The notes beneath the pieces were generated by a model. That model was not told the origin of the DNA, did not search any database, and worked only from the letters and a program-made list of their open reading frames with translations. 64,000 bases of DNA. Origin: Neocallimastix sp. 'constans'. Its lineage: Eukaryota. Positions within the stretch are counted from its first letter, which is position 1. The number at the start of each line of letters is the position of its first letter. A program made the position numbers and the translations under genes. Positions 29,671 to 40,860 of this stretch are shown here, in pieces. Location of the stretch: NCBI GenBank assembly GCA_050613775.1, contig JBODTK010000001.1, positions 496,001 through 560,000 on the forward strand, given 5' to 3'.

Positions 29671-31769
29671 AGATAATAATATTACTAAACTAAACTAATA
29701 TATAATAAATGATGTCTTTATACTAAAGAATTAATATATAAATTTAAATCTAATAAAATTATTACTTACAATTAATCCAGTATCCTATGGAATTAGATGA
29801 TTTGCCGAATTAAATATGATATATTAGACTCTTAACTTTTCAAAAGAAATGTATTAAAATATCAATGTTTCCCAATATAAAAGTATACTGTAAAGAAAGA
29901 AAAAAAAAATTTTTTTTTTTTTGAAATTTAAATTAAAATTTTTAGAAGAAGAAACCTGTAAATATTATATTCACTAAAAGGTTTTCACTAAAAGATAAAA
30001 TGTACAGTTAAATGTCTATGTTTCCCAATATCAAAGTTTAAATTACAAAGAAAAAAAAAATTTTTTTTTTACTAAAAATATTATAAAAATTATTATTAAT
30101 AGTAATATTTTTATTATGTTTAATATTATTTTTTATTGATATTATCATGAATACTTCTTTTTTTTTTTAATCATATTATTATCATATATTGTTAGAAGTC
30201 TATCTCAAAAATAGTGAAAAAAAATGATATTGTATTTTTTAGACTTGAATCATTGTGATATCTTAATCTGTTAAGACGTCAGTCATTTAGGATTTATAAT
30301 TTTTTGTTAATTTTATTAATATATTTTATGATTAAGAGTTAACCAATAACCAATATCTACTTTTAATCTTAACTACATTCTTTTATATCTTTTACAATTA
30401 TTTTTTTTTTTTTTAGTATTTAAATATAATACATTTGAAACTTATTTCACATATTCCTCTTAAAACCTAATTAAATCTATAATAAATAAATTGGTTTATT
30501 AATGACTATGTATATTTTTTTTTATATTTATCAACTACAATTAAATTTTATTAATAATCTTATTCATATTTTAGAAATATATTTGTTATATAATAATTAA
30601 ATTAAGGCCTATTTTTTATTTTAAAATATAACACCATTTTTATTGATTAAATTTATTAATTTTTAATATTTCGTTTTTATGGATAAAAACCTTTTTAACC
30701 TTTAATTTTTTTCTTTTTTTTTTTTTTTTTTTTTTAATTACAATTTTATAAAATTTATAACATTTATCTATTGGTGATCAACAATAGAATTAGTATTTCT
30801 CTAAAACTAAAATAATGGTAACATTTATCTCAATTTAAATATTTTCTTCTCTCTTGTTGACATATTATTTCATAATAATCCCTTAAAAATCGATGAAACA
30901 TTTAATCTGTTAAAATATCTGTCTCGAAGATAGTAAAAAATACTGAATTGTAACTTTACAATATGACTTATATATTTATTATATATAATATGTCTCAATA
31001 AATCTGAAACTTATGTCACATATATAACTCTCCTATTATAACATTTATTTATTCATAGTTAATAGTCATGAATTTACCGTTTTTTATAATTATGTCAACT
31101 TTATTAATATATTTTATGATAAATGGTTTTACTATCACTAAAATTATTATAAATTAAATGTTTTATTTTATTATATTGTGGCTTAAATATTACTTATATT
31201 ACAATATGTTTCAATACATTTGAATCACATTTAAAAGGTGATATTATATCATCTCAATTTGTATGAATACCTCTTATGTATTAGGTTTTACATCACATTC
31301 AATTATAATTCGCTTAAAAGATTAGTTTCAACATTACTATATATTCACTTTGTAGTTTTAGTGATAACTATTGAAATGAACTATTAATTATATTATTTTG
31401 GTATTTTTCTAGTATTATTAAAATTGATTACATTTATAAGTATAAATATTCAAAAAACCTCAAAATTTTCATTCAACTTCATTTACTGATTCGACTACGC
31501 TCATTCTCGACTGATCTCGAACTCTACGCAGTCGCAAACTTTGTGCTCGAGTCTCACTCCCTTTCTTTCGCTTCGTCTTATTTAATCGCTCATTTGTTTC
31601 ATTCAATATTTTCTGTTTTTTGAATATTTAAAACCATATGTATTTTATACCGAATATATGCTAAAAACACTATGAATCACGTGATATTTAATTAATTAAA
31701 TTATTATTTTATTTTATTTTTATATTATTTTTATATTTAAATCATATGGTTTTTAGCATATATTTATAC

Positions 31770-32222
31770 GAGGGTGGTGCGTTTCGGAATGTGGCTTATA
31801 TTATTTTTTATAAATTTTTATTTATAAATAAAATATTTAAAACATTAAAATAAAATGGCACATATAATTTCTTTGAAAAAATAATTATTACAAATATTTA
31901 AAATGTGATATATTTCAAAAAAAATGATGATTTACATAAAATTCATGTTAATATTTTATTCAATCTGGGGAGAGTGAGTTTGGGGAGAGTGAGTTTCGGA
32001 ATCGCACGTGAATAGATATAAGCCACATATTTTGAGATGGCGTATTATATATAAATTTTTTTATATAAATAATCATAAATAAAATAAAATAAAATAAAAT
32101 AAAATATAATAAAATAAAATAAAAAGTAGAATATTAAATAAAAAAGTACCAGATTGAATAAAATAAAATAAAATTAAATAAAATAAAATAAAATAAGCCA
32201 CATTCCGAAACGCACCACCCTC
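31770..32222. mobile_element. MITE / non-autonomous DNA transposon, 453 bp, with 30-bp perfect TIRs
   Basis: gagggtggtgcgtttcggaatgtggcttat (31770-31799) is the exact reverse complement of 32193-32222. Internal tandem ggggagagtgagttt x2. No clean target-site duplication resolved. Confidence 0.85.
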
Positions 32223-32982
32223 AATTATTTTGTACAGGTCCTCTGACCTACAGTCTCCTCCATTATTGTTGTGAATATATATATATATATGAAATTAATA
32301 TACATAAATACCTGTTAAAATAAACTAAACTTTAAATAATGTACTTTGTGGTTTAGCAAAAATCATCGTTTAAATATAAAATTGCTTAAACTTTTGTTAA
32401 GTAATATATATTATTAGATTGTGTTTTTGTATATTCATGAGATGGAAATAATTTGTCACAGAGTAGATTCCTTTATGTATAAATATAGTACATTATTAAT
32501 AGCCTAAGAGTTTTTATTTGTTAACATATCAAATTATAATTTCAATTATGAGTCTCTATAGAAGTGTGAAGATATAAAATATATTCTTATATATATGCTT
32601 AAGCACGTTTTTCTCTATTTTTTGGAATTTTATTTCACTTGAGTTAATTTTTTTTCATCAAGTATTTTTTATATTTTTTAAGGGTTTCTTCAACTTTTTA
32701 ATCTTGATCATTTCATATGTTCTATCAGTTTTATTAGTCTTCCGTAAATTGTCATAATAAGCAACTTATTTTTATCATAATTTAAAATTTCAATTTTTTT
32801 TCTTGCTATAAATTCTTTTAAGAGTCAGATGAAACTCTTAATCTGTTAAGAGACAGGAATTTATGATTTACAATTAACTCAATTTTATCAATATATTTTA
32901 TGATAAAAATTTTTTACCATTCCGAATACATTTGAATACCATTTTTTAACTCCTATTTCTCCTATTTCACATATTCTACCAT

Positions 32983-33065
<83 letters not shown>

Positions 33066-33070
33066 TTTTT

Positions 33071-33115
<45 letters not shown>

Positions 33116-33308
33116 TTATACTTAATAATTAATAATTCATCAGTTTTCATTAATAATTAAATATTTAATATTTAATAAATATTTAATATTTATAATAATA
33201 TATAAATAATAATAAACAATTATTATAATAATTGGTAATTATAAGAAGAAATTATAATAAATAAAAAAAAAGCATAACTATAATACAAGAAGCAGAAATA
33301 TATTGTAG

Positions 33309-34799
33309 GAGTGTGTGTCATTTCGCAAAAATTCATTTCGGAAAAGTTTCATTTCGCAAAATTTTTTGTGTCATTTCGCAAAAGTTCATTTCGCAAAAAT
33401 TTCATTTAGAAAAAGTTTCATTTCGCAAAATTTTAATAAATAGATAAATAAATAATAAAATAAATAAATAAATAATAAAAAAATAAAAAAAAAAAAAAAG
33501 AATTATAAAATATAAAATATAAAATATAAAATAAAAAATAAAAAATAAAAAAAAATATATATATATATATATAAAATATAAAATATAAAATATAAAATAT
33601 AAAAAAAAAATATAAAATATAAAATATAAAAATATAAAATATAAAAAAATAAAATAAAAAAAAAATATAAAAAAATAAAATAAAAAAAAAATATAAAGTA
33701 TAAAATATAAAAATATAAAATAAAAAATAAAATAAAATAAAATAAAATATTGAACAAAATTCAATATAAAATATAAAATATAAAATATAAAATATAAAAT
33801 ATAAAATATAAAATATAAAATATAAAATATAAAATATAAAATATAAAATATAAAATATAAAATATAAAATATAAAATATAAAATATAAAATATAAAATAA
33901 AAAATATAAAATATAAAATATAAAATATAAAATATAAAATATAAAATATAAAATATAAAATATAAAATATAAAATAAAAAATATAAAATATAAAATATAA
34001 AATATAAAATATAAAATATAAAATATAAAATATAAAATATAAAATATAAAATATAAAATATAAAATATAAAATATAAAATATAAAATATAAAATATAAAA
34101 TATAAAATATAAAATAAAAAATATAAAATATAAAATAAAAAAAAAATAAATACTATTTAAAATCATCCTAACTTTGTGTTACTTTTAACTCCCTTTTTTT
34201 ATGATGTCCTCATCTTTTTTTTTTTTTTTTTTTTTTTAATGGATTATTTATAAATATTTCTTTTATTAAAAAAATTAATTAGTAATTTAAGATTTTTTTA
34301 AAATACTGCGCAAGGACTTAAAAGGTGTAAAATGATCAATTAATTATTCAGATATTATTTATTAATCTTTATAATAATTATTTTTTAAATTTAACAATTA
34401 TATTTTAAATTATTATCCTTTACATCTTTTAAATTATTAATACTTATTTTTTTTATATATATATAATTCTTATATATATTTTAAAAAATTATAAAACGTT
34501 TAAAACATATAATAAAATATTTTATTTTTTTAAAGCGTTAATTCTAATGAATATTTATTATTATATAATGTATATTTAATATATATATGATATATGTCCA
34601 TATATATATGTATATTTTTTTTTAAAAATTTAATTTTAAAATTTATTTATTATAGTTTTATATATTTATTTTTATTTATTTAGTATTTTATTTAAATTAT
34701 ATATATTATTTATTTATTTTATTATTAATTTATTTATTTATTAAAATTTTGCGAAATGAAACTTTTCCGAAATGAAATTTTGCGAAATGCTCCTCTCCC
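33309..34799. mobile_element. Non-autonomous Mutator (MULE)-like element with ~55-bp TIRs and a 9-bp target-site duplication
   Basis: The TIR core catttcgcaaaa(a/t)ttcatttcggaaaagtttcatttcgcaaaatttt occurs inverted at both ends. atattgtag flanks both sides (33300-33308 and 34800-34808). A paralogous empty site lies at ~35600-35640. Confidence 0.85.
33765..34125. repeat. (AAAATAT)n heptamer array inside the MULE-like element
   Basis: Direct reading; explains the FYIL-repeat ORFs 33402..34166 and 33503..33757. Confidence 0.95.
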
Positions 34800-35688
34800 A
34801 TATTGTAGGTAGGTATATTAAATGTTTAATATGTTAAAAGGATTAAATGAACAGTTGTTATTTTATGAAAAATGAAATTGAATTCTTTTTTTAAATTTAT
34901 TATAAATAGAGTCATAGATATTACTATAAATATAATCTTTTTCAATTCTATTATTTATTTTATATTTATTAGTTTATTTATTTATTTATTTTATATTTAT
35001 TTATATATTTATTTTATATTTACTTATATTTATTTATTTTATACATATTTATTTATTTATTTTATATTTATTCATTTATTTATTTATTTATTTATTTATT
35101 TATTTTATATTTATTTATTTATTTTATGCATATTTATTTATTTATTTGATATTTATTTATTTATTTGATATTTATTTATTTATTTATTTTTTATTTATTT
35201 ATTTATTTTATATTTATTTATTAATATTTATTAATATTTATTAATATTTATTAATCAATTTTATTAATTAAACATTATTAAATAATTTTTAATATTATTA
35301 TCATTAAATTTATTATTATATATATTATATACCTTATTAATATTAAAATATTATAATAAATTTATATAACAAAAGAAAATTATTTATTATTTATTAATTT
35401 ATTTATTATATATTTATTTGTTTAATTGTTTATTTATTTATATTGTACATAATAATTAATAATTCATCAGTTTTCATTAATAATTTAATATTTGATATTT
35501 AATAAATATTTGATATTTATAATAATGTATGAATAATAATTGGTAATAATAAGAAGAAATTATAATAAATAAAAATAATACATAACTAGAATACAAGAAG
35601 CAGAAATATATTGTAAGTAGGTATATTAAATGTTTAATATTTAAAAGGGTTAAATGAACAGTTGTTATTTTATGACAAATGATTATTT

Positions 35689-35980
35689 CACCCAACCCTG
35701 ATACTACGCTTTGAATTGAAGCATAGACCTTGATGATTGTAAAATTTCCAATCGCCAATGATTACACTAACTAGGGAGGAGTTAATGATTCCGTTCTGAT
35801 GCTCGTGGTCAATAAAGACATATGTAGGAACGTTAGGAATGCATCTCCGGGCGGTGTGTAACGACGATTGAAAGCGGCGAAGCTGTTACAGTATGCCAAT
35901 AGCTCATCACCTTACAGTTAATTAATAACTGAATGGCCATATGGGAGATGGGTACCCATATGTGCAAGTCTATGTAATAA
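35689..35980. other. GC-rich ~290-nt island, candidate structured ncRNA or short mobile element
   Basis: Terminal pairing of gcatagac-c-ttg (35721) with caagtctatgt (35965). Local stems catatggg/cccatatg, cagtta/taactg, gtaac/gttac and cgttc/gaacg. Absent from the paralogous position at ~34875-34948. Confidence 0.45.
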
Positions 35981-37244
35981 CTATTATTTATTTTATATTT
36001 ATTAGTTTATTTATGTATTTATTTTATATTTATTTATTTATTTATTTTATATTTATTTATTTTATATTTATTTATTTAATATTTATTTATTTATTTATAT
36101 TTATTTTTTAATTTTATATTTATTTATTTATTTTATATTTACTTATTTATTTATTTTATATTTACTTATTTATTTATTTTATATTTATTTATTTATTTAT
36201 TTTATATTTATTTATTTATTTATTTTATATTTATTTATTTATTTTATATTTACTTATTTATTTATTTTATATTTACTTATTTATTTATTTTATATTTACT
36301 TATTTATTTATTTTATATTTATTTATTTATTATATATTTATTTATTTATTTATTTATTTATTTTATATTTATTTATTTATTTTATATTTATTTATTTATT
36401 TATATTTATTTATTTATTTATTTTATATTTACTTATTTATTTATTTTATATTTACTTATTTATTTATTTTATATTTATTTATTTATTCTATATTTATTTA
36501 TTTATTTATTTTTATATATTTATTTTATATTTATTTATTTTATATTTATTTTTTTTTATAAATTTATTTATTTATTTATTAATATTTCATTAATAATTAT
36601 TAGTAATATTATTATTTAATAAATAATATTCTTAATTTATAATGTTTTAAGTATATAAAATAATTGATAATAACAAGAAGAAATTATAATAAATGACTAG
36701 AATAACACAAAATTAGAATATATTAAGAAAATATATATCATTGGCAGGTATAATTAAATGTTTAATATTTATACATTTTATTTAATTAATTTTAAAACAT
36801 ATTAATATAAAATACAGCACTGTACTAAATATTAAATAGGTGAATCACACTTCCTTAAATATCCAAGTAATAACTAATAACTAATATTAAGTAAAATTGT
36901 TATTTTCTATTTACAGAAAAAAATAATTTTTTTTTTTTTTTTTGTATTTTTATATTTATATTTATTCATTATTGACTGTTTCATCATATAACTTTAATAA
37001 ATAAAATTTTCAAATTAGTAATTTAATACTTATTTATTTAATTACGCTTTTTTATATTTATTTTTATATTAATATTTATTTATTTATATATTTTTATTCA
37101 TTTATTTATATTTTATTTATTTATTTATTTATTTATTTTTTATCTATTTATTTATTTATATTTATTTTTTATCTATTTATATTTATTTGTATTCATTTAT
37201 TTAATTTATACTTTTTAAATGATTATAATCTTTTTTATACTATT

Positions 37245-37575
37245 TCGGACCTCTCTCTAAGCAAAGCTAATATGAAAGACATTCTCTATACGCCGTTTTA
37301 CCCGACGGGCTTTCTTTTCAGTGAACTCTTAAATCATCATCGAGGGAGGAATAACTTTACCCCTCCTCTCACAGATAAAGTGCTCTCTACACTAGCAATT
37401 ATAGCAATTATATAGCCTAGCGACAAGAATACTTACCAGGGAAAAAGAACATCAACTTTATTTATAGGGAAAAACACTTGAAGGGGATGAAAATTGCCCT
37501 CCATATAAATTTAGGAGGTTTAGTCAAAGGGTTGACAAAGTAGCAATATTTATACATAGAAAGATAGGATGAGAA
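37245..37575. other. GC-rich ~330-nt island, probable repeat/LTR-like or ncRNA fragment
   Basis: Sharp compositional boundary. Hairpins gagggagg/cctcctctc, cctcc/ggagg and gtcaa/ttgac. The minus strand has ccctataaata followed by ctg|gtaagt. Confidence 0.35.
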
Positions 37576-38610
37576 TGAATTGATGAATTTGTAAATTAAT
37601 TTATAATTCAATATTTTTTTTTTGAATATAATAATAATATTATTATTATATTATTAACTGTCTTTACAAAGTTTTTTTTTTTTTTCAAAACTATATAATT
37701 TATTTTAAAAAATAAAAAACTGATAATAAAATAATATTTAATAAAACATTATGAATTTTCCATAATAACACAGTTATATTAATACAATTTCAAAATTGTT
37801 TTTTTTTTTTTAAAATTATTATCATAATTATCAGTAGATAATAATTACGAACTAATGTTATTTTTACTTTCTTTGTTAATTATGAATTTACAATTTTATC
37901 TTAACTTTCTTTGTTAAATATGAATTTACAATTTAACTTTCTTTGTTAAATATGAATATACAATTTAATTTTTCCCGTACTCTTAAGTATAAACACATTT
38001 TTAAATCAAACAAATAAAAAAAAAATTATGTAAAACATAATATACTTATGGAATTTAAATTTTTGATTATATTTTCAATTTTTTTTTTTTGTTTTGTTTT
38101 ATACAAATTTTATTTTTAAATTAACATAATTTAATATTTGTAAATAATATATATCTTACTATATACTATTTATTTTATTATGTTTTTTTTACATATTTTA
38201 TTTTTTTAACATAATTTATTATTTTTCTTTATTAAAATATTATAAATTATTTTATAATAATATTTAATTAGTATATATTATATACTATTTATTTTTCATA
38301 ATTTTTTTTAATAATTATTAAATTATTTTATTTTTCATACTTTTATTATTATTAAATTACTTTATAATTTTTTTTTTTTTTTTTTTTATTATTCTACTAT
38401 AATTATTATAAATTATTTTATAATAATATTTTATTCTATTTTAAGTTCTATAAATTATATTTTTACGAAATTAATTTAAATATTTAACAAATTTCAATAT
38501 TATTTTTAAATTACCAAAATAATAATTTTTTTATAGAAATGTATTTGGTTTTTAATCTTTGTTTTAAATATTGAAATATATATATAAGAAAAAAAATATT
38601 AGATATTGAT

Positions 38611-39003
38611 TTATTTCGCACATCTAATTTGAACTAAGTCAATATGTTCTTCTAAGAAACCACCATAATATGAAGGACAATTATAAACCTTTAATGCCTT
38701 ATAAACATTTCCATTTACTTTATAGTTTACAATTTTATAACGCATGTAGTGTTGAGAAACAACATTTACAATAGTTGGATAAGCACTTTTATCTTTACAA
38801 ACAAAACGGAAATTACTTTCACTAACATCTCTACTAACTAGTTTATCATTATTGATATTTAAAGTAACGAAATTACTCTCAGGATATTCATCTTCACCTG
38901 CTTCAACCCCACATTTTGGTTTACTTGAGTTTCCCATATATTTTGCACTCATTACAACAGAAGCAACTGAGAGTAAAAGAGTTAATAAATAAAATAATTT
39001 CAT
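38611..39003 (-). CDS. Small secreted protein, 130 aa, 4 Cys, unknown function
   Basis: Signal peptide MKLFYLLTLLLSVASVVMS. Intronless ORF with normal amino-acid complexity and higher GC than its flanks. Confidence 0.85.
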   Translation of the reverse strand: MKLFYLLTLLLSVASVVMSAKYMGNSSKPKCGVEAGEDEYPESNFVTLNINNDKLVSRDVSESNFRFVCKDKSAYPTIVNVVSQHYMRYKIVNYKVNGNVYKALKVYNCPSYYGGFLEEHIDLVQIRCAK

Positions 39004-39127
39004 TTTTGCTATAAGATACTTTATTTTACTTTTATAATTATTTCAAATTTTTATAGATTTATTTTTTTTTTTTTCTTTTACTTTATTTTAAATTTTTATA
39101 TTTATATTTTTTTTTTTTATTTTTATT

Positions 39128-39158
<31 letters not shown>

Positions 39159-39769
39159 AAAAAAAAAATAAAACTTTTTATTCTATTTATTATCTTTTTT
39201 ATACTATCTAATTTTCAAAAATAAAAAGTATAAATTTAATAGTATTTAGTAAATCTATAACAAAAATAATGAATTAATATAAAACTCTATGAAATATGTA
39301 AATACATGTTTAATGTATACAAAATATATAATAAAAAAAATTTTTTTTATATAATTTATAATAATATATAATATTATATATATATATAAATTCACATGTT
39401 TCTACAAAACAACAAAAAAAAATAAAAAATTAAAAAGTAGATTAAATAATAAAAAATTAATCTATTTTTTAAATTAATCCTATTTATAAATAAACGAATA
39501 AAAATGGAGAAAATAAAAATAAATAAATAACTTTTTCTATAAAGTTAAAAAAATAGTCTAAATGAATTAAATCATTTAATATTGAATATTGAATAATTTA
39601 TTTTTAATTTATTATATAATATTATTTTAATTCTATTTGCTTTTTTTTATTTATTATTTAATTTATTTAGTATTTTATTTTAAAACTGATTTATTGGAAT
39701 TCTTATTATTTTTATTTAATTATTTTATATAATATTATTATTATTTATTATTGATCAATAAATACTGAT

Positions 39770-40555
39770 TTTATTATTTATTATTTATTATTTATTATTT
39801 ATTATTTATTATTTATTATTTATTATTTATTATTTATTATTTATTATTTATTTTTTATTATTTATTATTTATTATTTATTATTTATTATTTATTATTTAT
39901 TATTTATTATTTATTATTTATTATTTATTATTTATTATTTATTATTTATTATTTATTATTTATTATTTATTATTTATTATTTATTATTTATTATTTATTA
40001 TTTATTATTTATTATTTATTATTTATTATTTATTATTTATTATTTATTATTTATTATTTATTATTTATTATTTATTATTTATTATTTATTATTTATTATT
40101 TATTATTTATTATTTATTATTTATTATTTATTATTTATTATTTATTATTTATTATTTATTATTTATTATTTATTATTTATTATTTATTATTTATTATTTA
40201 TTATTTATTATTTATTATTTATTATTTATCAATAAATACTCTTTTTATTATTTATTATTTATTATTTATCAATAAATACTCTTTTATTATTTATTATTTA
40301 TTATTTATCAATAAATACTCTTTTATTATTTATTATTTATCAATAAATACTCTTTTATTATTTATTATTTATTATTTATCAATAAATACTCTTTTATTAT
40401 TTACTATTTATTATTTATTATTTATTATTTATTATTTATTATTTATTATTTATTATTTATTATTTATTATTTATTATTTATTATTTATTATTTATTATTT
40501 ATCATTTATTATTTATCATTTATTATTTATTATTTATTATTTATTATTTATTATT
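39770..40555. repeat. (TTATTAT)n heptamer satellite with interspersed tcaataaatactct units
   Basis: Direct reading, about 780 nt. Confidence 0.95.
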
Positions 40556-40600
40556 ATGATTATTATCATTATTTAATATTATTCATTTCATATAAATATA

Positions 40601-40860
40601 CAGTGAGTTAGTGCATAGTTCATTGGGTTAGGTTATAATAGACTCCCTTCACAGGAAAGTTAAGAACTGGAGAAGTACTCCGAGAAAAAGCGTACTAGTA
40701 AGCTCTTGACAATACTATGCATGTCAGAGTACCAATATTGAATACCCAGTTAGGCCATCCAATAAGGAAAATATCTGCCTATGAGAAAACTTACTAAAAT
40801 GTTGTTACTACCTTGAAATTACCATTCCCTTGAGGTGTGCTTAAGGACAGTACACACTAG
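40601..40860 (+). repeat. Dispersed GC-rich repeat family B, copy 2 (longer)
   Basis: The first ~90 nt align to the reverse complement of 6471-6562. The island ends in the hairpin gtgtgct-taaggac-agtacac followed by actag. Confidence 0.7.

Noticed and set aside
33402..34166. 254-aa FYIL-repeat ORF and similar ORFs (34872, 54047, 54165, 56621, 58351, 59294, 61780, 61796)
   Set aside because: Translations of A/T simple repeats that happen to lack stops.
35792..35807. 16-nt identity (cgttctgatgctcgtg) to the CotH coding strand at 24704-24719
   Set aside because: Does not extend on either side; best treated as chance unless homologous copies conserve it.
37428..37445. atacttaccagg resembling the U1 snRNA 5' end
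   Set aside because: No U1 stem-loop motifs (AUUGCAC loop, Sm site) follow; more simply the reverse complement of a splice donor.
40228..40395. Regularly spaced tcaataaatactct units resembling a CRISPR array
   Set aside because: The spacers are just the surrounding heptamer satellite, the genome is eukaryotic and there are no cas genes.
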